A DNA stretch of 64,000 nucleotides from an uncultured delta proteobacterium (GTDB lineage Bacteria > Desulfobacterota > Syntrophorhabdia > Syntrophorhabdales > WCHB1-27). Below the pieces are notes generated by a model. It was not told where the DNA came from. It did not search any database and saw only the letters and a list, made by a program, of their open reading frames with translations. Both the position numbers and the translations under genes were made by a program. How positions within the stretch are numbered: position 1 is the first letter of the stretch; every line of letters starts with the position of its first letter. Location of the stretch: contig CAWEPK010000001.1 of the NCBI GenBank assembly GCA_963810935.1, forward strand, positions 1 through 64,000, given 5' to 3'. Positions 28,164 through 38,912 of the stretch are shown piece after piece.

Positions 28164-29272
28164 TGGTAAAGATCTTCGACTTGCAGAGGGAATACGAGGG
28201 CCTAAAGGATGAGCTGGCCGGGGCGTTCGAGAGGGTGTGCAAAAGCGGCGAGTTCATACTGGGTAAAGAGGTGTCCGCTTTCGAAGAGGCCTTTGCCCGG
28301 TACACGGGCGTCCATTTCGCCGCAGGCCTGGGGTCGGGAACGGACGCGCTCCGTATAGGCGGGCTGGCACTGGGCCTGAAGGCGGGCGATAAGGTCGTTA
28401 CAACGCCGAACACATATATTGCGACAGTCATGGCCCTCTCCGTCCACGGCATCACGCCCGTCTTCTGCGACATAGACCCGGAAGATATGACGATGGACCC
28501 CGGCTCCCTGGAAGAGGCGCTCAAAGCGAACCCCGGTGTAAAGGTCTGCATACCCGTCCATCTATACGGCCATACTTGCCGGATGGAAGAGATCATGGAT
28601 GTATGCGGCCGCTTCGGGGTCAGCATATTGGAGGACGCCTGCCAGGCGCACGGCGCGCTCTACAAGGGCAGGAAGGTCGGCACCTTTGGGGCCGCGGCCG
28701 CTTTCAGCTTTTACCCGACCAAGAACCTGGGCGCATACGGAGACGCGGGCGGCCTCGTGACCGCCGACAGGCACGTATACGACGAGATATGCCGGCTGCG
28801 CAACTACGGACAGACCGGAAAGCACGTGCATACCGTAGAGGGCTTCAACTCGCGTCTCGACGAGCTGCAAGCCGCGATCCTTTCCGTGAAGCTGCGCGTG
28901 CTCGATGCAGCGAACGAGAGCCGCCGCCACCTGGCCGATATCTACCGCATGGACCTGGAGGACGACGCGTTTGTCGCGCTGCCCGTCGAGCAACCCTGGG
29001 CGCGCCACGTATATCATCTTTACGTCGTGCGCTGCGGCGAGCGGGACGCGCTTTCGGAGTATCTCAGGTCGCGCGGGGTCGGCAGCCTGGTCCACTACCC
29101 CACGCCCATCCATCTCCAGGAAGCGTACCAGCAGCTCGGCTACCAGAAAGGCGCATTCCCTCAATCGGAGAAGGCCGCTGACGAGATCCTCACACTGCCT
29201 CTTTACCCGACGCTCAGGGAGGATGAGGTAGTCTACGTCTGCTCCGCAATAAGGGCCTTCTACGCCAGATGA
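28160..29272 (+). CDS. DegT/DnrJ/EryC1/StrS PLP-dependent sugar aminotransferase
   Basis: PVHLYG, EDACQAHGA, FSFYPTKNLGAYGDAG. Confidence 0.93.
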   Translation: MMVKIFDLQREYEGLKDELAGAFERVCKSGEFILGKEVSAFEEAFARYTGVHFAAGLGSGTDALRIGGLALGLKAGDKVVTTPNTYIATVMALSVHGITPVFCDIDPEDMTMDPGSLEEALKANPGVKVCIPVHLYGHTCRMEEIMDVCGRFGVSILEDACQAHGALYKGRKVGTFGAAAAFSFYPTKNLGAYGDAGGLVTADRHVYDEICRLRNYGQTGKHVHTVEGFNSRLDELQAAILSVKLRVLDAANESRRHLADIYRMDLEDDAFVALPVEQPWARHVYHLYVVRCGERDALSEYLRSRGVGSLVHYPTPIHLQEAYQQLGYQKGAFPQSEKAADEILTLPLYPTLREDEVVYVCSAIRAFYAR

Positions 29273-30402
29273 GGTGCCTCCACACTTTCAGCGATTGGAA
29301 ATGGACCGGCCCGGCTGAGCCGGTTGTCTCCCTGTGCGAAGCGCTGGCCGGATGCGGCATCGACGTGGTCCTCGCCTTCAGGCAGGCCCCTGCCGACTTC
29401 CGGGAGCGGACGGTGGGCAAGGAAATCGCGCGGCGCGGCATACCTTCCTCCGGTGACTTGCGGCTCAACAGATATTTTTCCATGCGGGATTGGCTCTTCG
29501 ACGTGCGCGCGATCGGCCGGTACGCACAGGAACATAAGATCGATATCGTCCACACCCACCTGACGCACGACCACGCGTTGGCGGCCCTCTCCCTCTTCGG
29601 CCGCAGCAACCGCCCGATCCTCGTCAGGACCGACCATAAGCGGGACGGTCTGGACGCGGGTTTCGCGATGAGCCGCCTTCTCGCAAGGACCGACGGCCTT
29701 GCCGCTTACAGCGCGAGGCTCATTAGCCGGGACACCGAGCGCTTTGCGTTCCCTGCCGAGAGGACCGTCCTTTTGCCGCCCGGCGTCCACATCTACGAAG
29801 GTCCGGTGGCCGACGTCAGGGCCTCGCTCGGCATCGCGCCGGACGAGCTTGTGATAGGCGTCATCGGCAGGCTCAAGCCGGACCGGGGATACGACCGCAT
29901 CCTGGGCGCGTTCAAGACATTGCGCGGCCGGATGAACAAGGTGAAGCTCGTGATCGTCGGCCGCAGCTCGCAGATAGAGGAGAGCGTGAAGAAGCCGCTG
30001 GCCGCCCTCGGGATTGCCTCGGACGTGATACTGGCCGGCTACCGCCTGGAAGACTACTTTTCCGTGATCGCCGCCTTCGACCTCTTCGTTATGATGAGGG
30101 CCGGCAGCGACGGCACCGCGCGGGCATTGAGGGAGGTCATGGGCATGGGCAAGCCCGCCGTCGTGTCCGACCTTGGGATGCTGCCCGAGCTTGTCCGGGA
30201 CGGATACAACGGCTTTGTCGCTGCCGACGAGCAGACCCTTGCGGCCAGGATGGAGCAGGTGCTCTCCGACGCTTCCTTGAGGGAAACGCTGGGCGCCAAC
30301 GCCAGGAAGAGGGCTGTCGGGGAGTGGGACTACAAGGCCCAGGCGGAAAAGCTTGTGCGCTTTTATGAGAAGCTGATGGCGCTCGGAAAGAGGGGCGGAT
30401 AG
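29269..30402 (+). CDS. GT4 glycosyltransferase
   Basis: GT-B features: IGRLKPDRG, REVMGMGKPAVVSD. Confidence 0.85.
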   Translation: MRCLHTFSDWKWTGPAEPVVSLCEALAGCGIDVVLAFRQAPADFRERTVGKEIARRGIPSSGDLRLNRYFSMRDWLFDVRAIGRYAQEHKIDIVHTHLTHDHALAALSLFGRSNRPILVRTDHKRDGLDAGFAMSRLLARTDGLAAYSARLISRDTERFAFPAERTVLLPPGVHIYEGPVADVRASLGIAPDELVIGVIGRLKPDRGYDRILGAFKTLRGRMNKVKLVIVGRSSQIEESVKKPLAALGIASDVILAGYRLEDYFSVIAAFDLFVMMRAGSDGTARALREVMGMGKPAVVSDLGMLPELVRDGYNGFVAADEQTLAARMEQVLSDASLRETLGANARKRAVGEWDYKAQAEKLVRFYEKLMALGKRGG

Positions 30403-30404
30403 GC

Positions 30405-31595
30405 ATGCGCGGGATGGGCGCGCCAAGGCATCCTTTAAGGGTCGCCATAGTCCTCGATAAATTTCTCCCTTCCCGCGGCGGGGAGCGTTATTTATCCTTC
30501 CTCGCCGAAGAGCTGGCCGGGAGGGGACACGAGGTCCACGTCTTCGCGACGAAGGTCGAGGCGGCCGGCGGACTGCCTTACAGCGTCCACGTCGTAGAGG
30601 GCGGAGGTTTTTCGCGGACACGCCGTACGCTTGCCCTCTGGCGGCTCGACCCGGAAAAGATCGCCGGGGTCCGTTTCGACGTAGTCCACGGCGTTGCCCA
30701 GTGCCGCGCCGCTACAGTGCTCAACCCCCATGGGGGCGTGGAATGGGCCTATCTCGGGCAGGAGTTCGCTTCCATCGAAAGTCCCGTCTACCGCGCCTAC
30801 AAGTACATCCGGCGGTACCTCTCGCCGCGCCACTACCTCGACACGGAGCTTCAGTCCCGCCTGTATGCGGAAGGGGGCGTGCGGCGCGTGATCGCCATAT
30901 CGCGGATGGTCAAGACTGACATCGTTAATTACTACAAATTCCCGGAAGACCTCATCGACGTTGTTTTCAATACTGTAGACCTTGGCCGCTTCCACCCGAA
31001 AAATGCGCAGGCGAACCGTAGGCAGACGAGAGAGAAACTGGGTGTTGGCGAAGACGCCATGCTGCTCCTTTTTGCAGGCAACAATTTCCGCTTGAAAGGG
31101 CTGCCCACACTGCTGAAGGCGATGTCGCTGCTTGTCTCGCGCATCCCCGGTCCCGACCTTCGCCTGCTTGTCGCGGGGAGGGGACGACCCGGCCGTTACA
31201 GGGGCCTGATGGCCCGCCTAGGCATCTCCGACAGGGTAATCTTCGGCGGCGCGCTGCCCTCGATGGAAAACGTCTACGGGGCGAGCGACGTATACGTCCA
31301 TCCGACTTTTTACGATTCGTGCTCCCTCACCGTTCTCGAGGCCCTCGCGTGCGGCCTGCCTGTTGTTACCACGCGGTTTAACGGGGCATCGGACGCCATC
31401 GTCTCGCAAGAGGGAGGCATGGTATTGGACGACCCGGCGGATGCCGACGCCCTGGCCGAAGCCATCGCGTATTATCTGCCCCCGGAAAGGCGTGCAGCGG
31501 CGCTGCCCGTAGCCCGGTCATGGATGGAGGCTTATCCGCCGCTTCGTAACGTTGAAGAGACGGAAAACTCCTATTACGCTTCGCTCGAAGAATAA
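30405..31595 (+). CDS. GT4 glycosyltransferase (WaaG-like)
   Basis: GGERY, NFRLKGL, PTFYDSCSLTVLEALACGLPVVTT. Confidence 0.88.
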   Translation: MRGMGAPRHPLRVAIVLDKFLPSRGGERYLSFLAEELAGRGHEVHVFATKVEAAGGLPYSVHVVEGGGFSRTRRTLALWRLDPEKIAGVRFDVVHGVAQCRAATVLNPHGGVEWAYLGQEFASIESPVYRAYKYIRRYLSPRHYLDTELQSRLYAEGGVRRVIAISRMVKTDIVNYYKFPEDLIDVVFNTVDLGRFHPKNAQANRRQTREKLGVGEDAMLLLFAGNNFRLKGLPTLLKAMSLLVSRIPGPDLRLLVAGRGRPGRYRGLMARLGISDRVIFGGALPSMENVYGASDVYVHPTFYDSCSLTVLEALACGLPVVTTRFNGASDAIVSQEGGMVLDDPADADALAEAIAYYLPPERRAAALPVARSWMEAYPPLRNVEETENSYYASLEE

Positions 31596-31614
31596 TAAAA
31601 AGAGAAGTGCGGCC

Positions 31615-32508
31615 TTATCCCCGCCTGAAAAAAGAGCGGACGGCCTTCGACAGGTAGCTGAGCCTGAAGAGGCTCGCCGGCCGGATAGCTACCGCCTTAG
31701 CGTAATGGCTGCGCGCCTCGCGCAGCCGCCCGGAAAGGTAAAGCCGCCTGAAAAGCTCGAGGTGCCTTTTGGACGTCAGCTCCCCGCGCATGTACTCCAG
31801 GGCGCCCGCGTAATACGGGTCATCGAGGATGGCGCTGACGAACGAGATATCCTGCCTGACGATTTCGCCTACGTTGTGCCGCAGGCTGTCCGCGTGGTGA
31901 AGGTTGACGACCGCTTCCTTTGCGATGAAATAGCCCTTCACGGCAAAGAAGACCTTCGAGAAATAGACCAGGTCTTCGCCGTTGGCGAGGTCGTCAGGGA
32001 ACAAGAACCGCTTTGCCGTCTCCGCCCTTACCATCGCGGTGCTCGTCTGAAAGCGCAGGTGCCTGAGCAGGAGGTCTTCATAGAAGCGGTCCGATTCAAT
32101 GTCTTTAGCCGCTTCCCGCCGGTAGTGCAGGTTCCCTTCAGCGTCCTCCGTGCAGGTGTCGCAAAAGACAATGCCGATATCGGGCCTGCTCAGGAGTATC
32201 CCGGCCCTCATTGAGATTGCGCCGTCCAGAAGGTAGTCGTCCGCGTCGAGGAAGGCGATGAAGGTGCCGGTGGCTGCGGCGAGGCCCGCATTCCTGGCCG
32301 AAGAGACTCCCCCGTTCGCTTGGTGTATGTAGGTCACGTCGAGGCCCGACCGGGCTATGACATTGCGGGTGTCGTCCGTCGAGCCGTCATCCACTACGAT
32401 GATCTCCAAGGGCTTGTAATCCTGCGAGGCAAGGGAGGCGAGGGCGCGCCCGATATACCGTCCGTAGTTATAGGTAGGGATTATAATGGAGACGAGCGGG
32501 TTGTCCAT
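31615..32508 (-). CDS. GT2 glycosyltransferase
   Basis: VSIIIPTYN, VVDDGSTD, NGGVSSARN, FLDADD. Confidence 0.92.
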   Translation of the reverse strand: MDNPLVSIIIPTYNYGRYIGRALASLASQDYKPLEIIVVDDGSTDDTRNVIARSGLDVTYIHQANGGVSSARNAGLAAATGTFIAFLDADDYLLDGAISMRAGILLSRPDIGIVFCDTCTEDAEGNLHYRREAAKDIESDRFYEDLLLRHLRFQTSTAMVRAETAKRFLFPDDLANGEDLVYFSKVFFAVKGYFIAKEAVVNLHHADSLRHNVGEIVRQDISFVSAILDDPYYAGALEYMRGELTSKRHLELFRRLYLSGRLREARSHYAKAVAIRPASLFRLSYLSKAVRSFFRRG

Positions 32509-32666
32509 AGCAGATTAATGTACCTTCGGTCTTACCCGGAGTCAAATTTACCGTGCTTAATACTAGACGACCCAATCGGCGGCGTGTCAAGTGAAAGCTC
32601 CCGGCCTATACATTTCAGGAGAGGGGACTTACATTGGTTAGAAAAGAAATGAGGAGGTAGGTTCTT

Positions 32667-33017
32667 ATGATCCACAACATGAACAGGGACGCCGAAGTGC
32701 CGCGCAACGAGTGGCTCAAGTTCTTCGACCAGTTCGCGAACGGGAACCAGGGCCGTCCGGTCAGGGTGGAGACCTTCGGTGACGAGCTTGGCGCCGAGGA
32801 AGTGGGTCGCTGCCTGCCGCTTTTGTCGATCAATTACGATCCGAAGGCGAAGGGTGATGCCGTCACGATATCGACGGGCCGCAGCGCGGTCGAGTACGAG
32901 CACTCGGTGCCCAAGCCGAAGGAAATATGGGTGGAGCAGGGCGGATCGGGCCCCGGAAAGGCTATCGAGATCGTGAGCGAGGACGGGGCCCGCACGGTGG
33001 TCAGCTTCGAGCAGTGA
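32667..33017 (+). CDS. Small conserved protein (DUF5335-like)
   Basis: Strong SD GAGGAGG; EWLKFFDQF...PLLSINYDPK pattern. Confidence 0.6.
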   Translation: MIHNMNRDAEVPRNEWLKFFDQFANGNQGRPVRVETFGDELGAEEVGRCLPLLSINYDPKAKGDAVTISTGRSAVEYEHSVPKPKEIWVEQGGSGPGKAIEIVSEDGARTVVSFEQ

Positions 33018-33049
33018 GCGGCGAGGATAGCCGGCTTGAATGCCTTTTC

Positions 33050-33116
33050 CTTTTTATGAGGGGGAGGCTCAGCGAGCTTTGCTCGTGGAGGGGGCGACGC
33101 TAGCCCCAATAATTGT
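33050..33116 (+). repeat. REP-like dispersed repeat supplying the 3' end of the adjacent CDS
   Basis: TTTTTATGAGGGGGAGGCTC..GCGAGCTTTGCTCGTGGAGGGGGCGACGCTAGCCCC is near-identical to the copies at ~60725 and ~60850. Confidence 0.85.
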
Positions 33117-33956
33117 CGTTTCCATCTCCGCAATCTGCTCTGCTGTCAGCGTGCACCGCTTGCGCGCCATCTCCAGGGCGACAAGGGACAAGTCCCTGTA
33201 TACCTTGTCGGGAAGGCCCGTACCGGCGATGGCCTTGAGGTGGGAGGCGACGGTGCCCACGTCCCCTCGGACAACAGGTCCGGTCAGAGAGAGGAGCGGC
33301 CCCTTTGCCTCGATATTGGCGAGGGTGGCCCTTATGATAGGGTAAAAAGGCGGCAGGTCTATGCCGATCCGCTTCATGATACCCTGGGCGCAGTAGAGCA
33401 GCGCGGACAGAAGGTTGCAGACGAAGACTGCGCAGAGGTGGTAGAGCACCTTGTCCCGGCTGTCTATGTGGACGACCTCTGCCCCTATGCTCGAGGCGAG
33501 GTGTTGAAGCGGCGGGATCGCCTTCTCGTCGCCTTCGATAAAAATATAGGTCGAGGGCAATGAGGCGATGCCTGCTTCGATGTCGGGGAACGTCTGGAGG
33601 GGATGGAGAGAGCCGAGAAGCGCCCCCTTCTCTTCTAATGGAGAAAGGTCGGACGCGCCGTGAGCGCCGCTCGTATGGAAGAACAGCTTGCCGTCGAGCC
33701 GCCCGGCTTCGTGGAAGATTTGTGCCGCCACATTGGAGATTTCCCTGTCCTGCGTTGTAACGGCGATAACGTCCGCAGCCTCGACGACCCGCATGTTGTC
33801 CTTCGTGTACAGGCAGCCTTCGCCGACGTAGCGCCCCGCGGTATCGAGGGCATCCTGCGAAAGGTCGGCGGCAGCCACCACATCGAACCCTTTGCTTTTC
33901 AGCGTGTATCCGAGAGCGCAGCCGACCTTTCCCATCCCGATCATACCGATTTTCAT
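33069..33956 (-). CDS. Rossmann-like + DUF2520 oxidoreductase (PanG-like)
   Basis: IGMGKVG, HTSGA, LHPLQTF, LTGPVVRGD. Confidence 0.88.
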   Translation of the reverse strand: MKIGMIGMGKVGCALGYTLKSKGFDVVAAADLSQDALDTAGRYVGEGCLYTKDNMRVVEAADVIAVTTQDREISNVAAQIFHEAGRLDGKLFFHTSGAHGASDLSPLEEKGALLGSLHPLQTFPDIEAGIASLPSTYIFIEGDEKAIPPLQHLASSIGAEVVHIDSRDKVLYHLCAVFVCNLLSALLYCAQGIMKRIGIDLPPFYPIIRATLANIEAKGPLLSLTGPVVRGDVGTVASHLKAIAGTGLPDKVYRDLSLVALEMARKRCTLTAEQIAEMETTIIGASVAPSTSKAR

Positions 33957-36900
33957 CTGTCCAACTCCTTATTCAGCTCGTCCCATGCTCCTTTCGGCAA
34001 TTGAAAGGCGTTCCTGAGCACGTAGACCGGCCTCGATCCCACGCTCCGCACGTAGCGGGACTCGATGTGAGGGTCGCGCGCGGGGCCATTGATATCATAG
34101 ACGAAGAACAGGAAGCCGCTGGTCCGCTCCCTGACTATATTGCGTACCAGCGGCAGCAGGTCGATTACCTTGTCGAGCGTTACGAAAGGCGAGACGGTCA
34201 TCCGGCCGCTCAGTTCCTTTCCCGCCGCGTCGATGTCTCCCCGTCCGGTGATAATCATTGAAGGGCTGTCGATAAGGAAGTCGCCCGTGTGGAACTTGCC
34301 GTTATTTCCTTCGAAGGAGACGCTCAGCCTCTTGTAGGCAAGGCCCTTGCGGGTCAGGTCCACCTTTCCCGTAAAGAGGTCGTAGACGTTGGTCAGGGCG
34401 AGGATTTTCGAGATAATATTCCATCTCTTGATCACGCCGTTTTTGCTTTCGACGCTCAACCTGCCGCTTGCACCGGCGGCTATTTCTTCGGCGTCCCGCC
34501 CTGCGGACGTGATCCATCCGGATATCGACCCTGTTCCTTCCATTATGTCCGGTTTTCCCCTGAAGAGTGCCAGTGCGCCGGCCGCGGTCACGTCCGTCGC
34601 ACGCCCCGTGACCTCTATCCGCGGCATGGGAGATGCCAGGTTGGCGCTGCCTTCAAAGCAGATATCGCCCTGGGCCGTTGCCATCCGCCCCTCGGCGATG
34701 CTTAAGGTCCGCCCGGCGAAGCCGCCCTGGAGCACGAGGTTCCGTCCTGCCGCACCGTTCATGCCGACCTCGTTCGACCTGATGGTCAGACTCTCCATCC
34801 GTCCTGGCCAACAGGTTGTCCTCTCGTATTACAGGCAACCTCAAAGGCTTCGATTCCTTACGCGCGAAGTCGGCGGGGTCAAAGCGGGCCATGTCAAGGT
34901 CCAGTTTGAAGGAAGGGTGCGTGAGACCCGCGACCTGCAGCAGCCCGCGCGAGACCGCGCTCTTTCCCGAGCGGAGCCCGGTGAGGTCTACGGTGAACCT
35001 GTCCCCCTGGAAGGCGCAGAAAAGGTCGATGCCGGTCAACGGATTGACGAGGGCCGGGGGATGAAGCGCTCCGTTCTTTAACGAGAGATAACCGTTCAGC
35101 CTGGGCAGGCGCGTCGCCGGCAGCGGCATGTCGCCGATGGTGAAATCTGCCCGGAGGTCGCCCCGGGGCTCGTCTTCACCAAAAAAAAAGAGGCCGGAGA
35201 GGGCCTCGACATTAGGCACGTAAAGATCTACATGCATCTCCGATATTTTTTCCCTGCCGAAGCTGCCGGTCAAAGAGGCATTGAGCGGACCGAGGGTATA
35301 GGCGAGGTTGTCGACCACAACGTCGCCCCGCCCGTCCAGGTGCAGGCGGAACGAAGCAGCGCTTTCTATCCCCCTCGTTTTCCTTGCCACGTGGGGTACG
35401 TCGAAGGAGAGGTCCTTCATAGCAAGGTTCCCGTCGGCCCTGAGCCTGCCGTCTTCCACGGCGAAATCGCCGCGAACGCCGACTGTGCCGCGCAGGTCGT
35501 ACGCTACGCCCAGAAGGGACTCAATCCGGTCGGCTTCGACCGTACCTTCCACCTGCATGTCGGCCGAGTCTTTACGGGCCTTGCCTTTAAGGACGAGCTG
35601 GGTGCCTGCCTTGCCTATGACGAGCGGCGCAAGTGTCACCTCGCCGTTTTTGAACGAATAACCGCCTGACGCCTCAAGGGCCATGCGGCGGAAAAGGAAC
35701 CTGGCGTCGTGCAGTCTCCCTGTCCCTTCCAGGTTGAAGCCCTGGCCCTCTCTTCCTGAAATCAGGACCTCGCCCTCGGTCAGGCCGGAAAGCACACGGA
35801 CGGCCCCCTTCCCGGCGAGCTTCGACAACTCGGCAAGGTTCAGCGAGAAGACCCCGCTAATCCTGACGTCCCGGTCGAGTTTCAACGGGAGCAGGCCGTT
35901 GACTTCCGATATCCGTCCCTCCGCCAGCCTTCCCTCGAAGCCGTCGAGGGTAAGGGCCGTACCGTCTGCCTGGAGAGAGCCGGCGACGTCAGTGAAGCAT
36001 ACGCGGCCGTCGCCCACGTTCACGTCGCGCACGTCTATCCTTGCGGTGACAGGCGAGCCGCGCCGGTAAGCGAAGTTGTGTATTGTCATGCGCCCGCCCT
36101 TGATGAAAAAGAGTGGGCCCCATTCTCCCTCCGAAAGCACTTCGGGGTTTATGTATTCCAGCACGTCCGTTATTGACATGGAGTCCGTCCGCAGATCGAG
36201 GCTGTACATTCTCTTCGAATCGGCGGTAAAGTGCAGAAAGATGGGCGTGCCTTTGAAGGCCAGCTCCGTCAGTGTGACGTCGCAGAGATCGCCTTTCCTG
36301 TCGATATGAATGTGGCACTCGTTGTGGGTGGGGCTGAGCCGTTTCTTGAGAAAGTCTTCCATAATGGAGAAATAGGACGCCGTCACCCTGCCGTCCATCA
36401 CTAAACGGCCGTCCTTGAACGCGTAAGTGCCTTCCGTATCGGTCAGCCCTTCGTAATTTTTTAGGACCTTGTCCATGTGGACGGCCGAAAGGCGGTACTC
36501 GCCTTTTAAGTCGGAGCGCAGATCGGGGAAGAGAATGCCGGTGCCCTTGGTCTTCAGATTTCCGACGCCGTCGACGCCGCCGTCTATGCTGAATTCAAGT
36601 GTCCCGCCCGTATTGAAGTTCGATACGGTCAGCTCGCGCAGCGTATACTTGTGGCCCTCGTAATCGACCCGTCCGTTTGCGATCCGCGCAAACTCGACGG
36701 GCACGGGATAGAAGACGAAGTGCGCCTTCTCTTTTTTCATCGTTATGTCGAAGTCGGAGATCTCGAAGTATTTGACGTAGGCGCCCCTGGAGGGCTTGAG
36801 CCGCAGCTCGCATTTGCGGACGGTCCCCGAGATCCTTCCCTTCATCTTTACGTTGTTGAGCTTGAAGACGAGGAGGCCGCCACGGAACGCCACACTCGAC

Positions 36901-37037
36901 CCTTCCGCCTCCACCGTGCCGCCGACCGCCTTTCCGAGCAGGTTGAAGGCTATTTTCGGTAAGTAAAGCCAGGCGGAGACCACAAGCCCGCCGATGAGGG
37001 CTGCTGCAACGATGGATATGACAAGCGCTTTCTTCAT
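33953..37037 (-). CDS. AsmA-like/YhdP-family lipid-bridge protein, split by one frameshift near 34790-34800
   Basis: N-terminal TM (MKKALVISIV..., ATG 37037) and long beta-rich body; the 33953-34798 ORF carries an AsmA-like C-terminus. Confidence 0.72.
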
Positions 37038-37762
37038 TAAGGTGTTCTTGCGAGGGCGAAGAAGTATATCGTACGCGTCTTTGCGCGTAGGAGCGCCCTG
37101 CAAGCCTCCCGTGCCGTGTTACCAGTCGTGTAGAGATCGTCAACCACGAGAAGGCGCAGGCCCGCTACGCCGGCAGCGGCGGAGAAGGCGCCCCGGATAT
37201 TCCTTTTCCTCTCTTTTTTCGACAGGGTGTACTGGTCTTCGGTCTGTCTCACCTTGACGAGGCTCTCGCAGTCTACAGGTGCGCCGAGAGAGCGGGATAG
37301 CTCCTCTGCGATGATGAAAGACTGGTTGAAGCCCCGCGCCTTGAGTCTCCTTTCCGTCACCGGCATGGGCACGATGGCATCTATGGCGCCTGTCAGGGCG
37401 CTTACTGCGCCACCCCCGGCAATGCGCGCGAGCATCCTTCCCACGTCCGTCCTTCCCCTGAATTTGAAGGCGTGTATGGCCTCTCTCATCGCTCCCTCGA
37501 ACGAAAAACCGTAAAACCCCTTCTCAAAATAGGTGCGCTGCGAGATGCACTCCCCGCAGAGGCCTTCCGTGCCCGTCCGCATGCCGCATATGGGGCAGAC
37601 GAACGGCGGGTCGAGGGACACCAGGGATTGGCGGCAGGCGCTGCAAAGTATCTCGCCGTGGCCACCGCAGCCTCCGCAATGGGTCGGATAGACGAGGTCC
37701 AGGACGGGCTTTAGAATTTCACGCGCCGTACTTATCAAGTTTCGAACCATAAGCGAGGGCAA
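37037..37762 (-). CDS. comF: ComF family protein (zinc ribbon + PRTase domain)
   Basis: CxxC pairs, RGFNQS, LVVDDLYTTGNT. Confidence 0.9.
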   Translation of the reverse strand: MPSLMVRNLISTAREILKPVLDLVYPTHCGGCGGHGEILCSACRQSLVSLDPPFVCPICGMRTGTEGLCGECISQRTYFEKGFYGFSFEGAMREAIHAFKFRGRTDVGRMLARIAGGGAVSALTGAIDAIVPMPVTERRLKARGFNQSFIIAEELSRSLGAPVDCESLVKVRQTEDQYTLSKKERKRNIRGAFSAAAGVAGLRLLVVDDLYTTGNTAREACRALLRAKTRTIYFFALARTP

Positions 37763-38912
37763 GCGTCATCAGCTCTTTCGCGTATATCGTACCGAGGCTG
37801 CCTTTGAGGCAGTTCTTCTCGTGAAAAGGCAGGCCGTCCGTCTCGCCGGTCCTGCCGGCGATAAGCAGCGGCACAGGGTGCCAGCTATGTCCCTTGAGCG
37901 GGCATGGGGTCGAGTGGTCGCCCGTAATTACGAGCACCGTAGGGTCGAGGGCGCATATATCCGGCAATACGCGGTCGAATTGTTCGATGGCTTTTGTCTT
38001 TTCCTCGAAATTGCCGTCTTCCCCGGCAACGTCCGTCTCCTTGACGTGCATGAAGAAGAATTGGTAGCTGCCGTAATGCTCCTTCAGGACTGCGATCATG
38101 TCATCGTAGTCGCGCGGTACCTTCTCCACGCTCATGCCGAGCACCTTTGCGAGGCCCCGGTACATGGGGTAGGTGGCGATAGCAAGGCTTGCCATGCGGT
38201 ATTTTTCCGGAAAGAGTGTTATGTCCGGCCTTTTGGAAAAACCCCGCAGGAGCACGGCGTTCGCCTTGCCCTCCGCCTTGAGCACCTCCTGCGCTTTTTC
38301 GAGGAATGTGTTGACGATGCGGGCCGTCGCTTTGGCCGAGGCCGATTTGGGCTCGGCGAATGCGAAGGCTTTCTGCTCCTTGTGCGGATCGGCGTCTTCC
38401 ATCTCGTCCGAGAGCCCCTCGCCGCTGAATATCACGCCGAACCTGTGCGAGACCCCCGGCTCGATCTTCACGGCTATACCCTCGATCTCAGGGATCTCAT
38501 TCGACATCTTCTCACAGAGGCGCCTGGTGATGGCCGTCTCCACCCTGCCAGCGCGCCGGTCCACTACGATCCCGTCCCTGACGGTCGCAAAGTTGCCCCG
38601 CGCGGCAACGTCGTTCGGCCCTAGGTCCATGTCTAATCCGAGCACCTCGAGTATGCCCCTGCCTATCTCTACGCTCGATGGATCGTATCCGAAGAGGCTC
38701 AGGTGGCCCGGCCCGCTGCCCGGCGTGACGCCGATGCCCACCGGGATAGTGCGGCCGAGGCTTCCCCTTTCAACGGCAAGCCTGTCCATATTGGGCTTCT
38801 TGGCCGCCTCAAGCGGCGTAAGGTGCGAGTGGTCCGGATTCGGGATGTCGCCCAGGCCGTCGAAAACGAGGAAGATCACCTTGTTGTCGTTTGAAAGCAC
38901 GGTGCCTGTCAC
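37719..38912 (-). CDS. apgM: 2,3-BPG-independent phosphoglycerate mutase (ApgM type)
   Basis: DGLGD, TPLEAA, PGSGPGHLSLFGYD, TGDHSTP, HSWHPVP. Confidence 0.93.
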   Translation of the reverse strand: MTGTVLSNDNKVIFLVFDGLGDIPNPDHSHLTPLEAAKKPNMDRLAVERGSLGRTIPVGIGVTPGSGPGHLSLFGYDPSSVEIGRGILEVLGLDMDLGPNDVAARGNFATVRDGIVVDRRAGRVETAITRRLCEKMSNEIPEIEGIAVKIEPGVSHRFGVIFSGEGLSDEMEDADPHKEQKAFAFAEPKSASAKATARIVNTFLEKAQEVLKAEGKANAVLLRGFSKRPDITLFPEKYRMASLAIATYPMYRGLAKVLGMSVEKVPRDYDDMIAVLKEHYGSYQFFFMHVKETDVAGEDGNFEEKTKAIEQFDRVLPDICALDPTVLVITGDHSTPCPLKGHSWHPVPLLIAGRTGETDGLPFHEKNCLKGSLGTIYAKELMTLALAYGSKLDKYGA

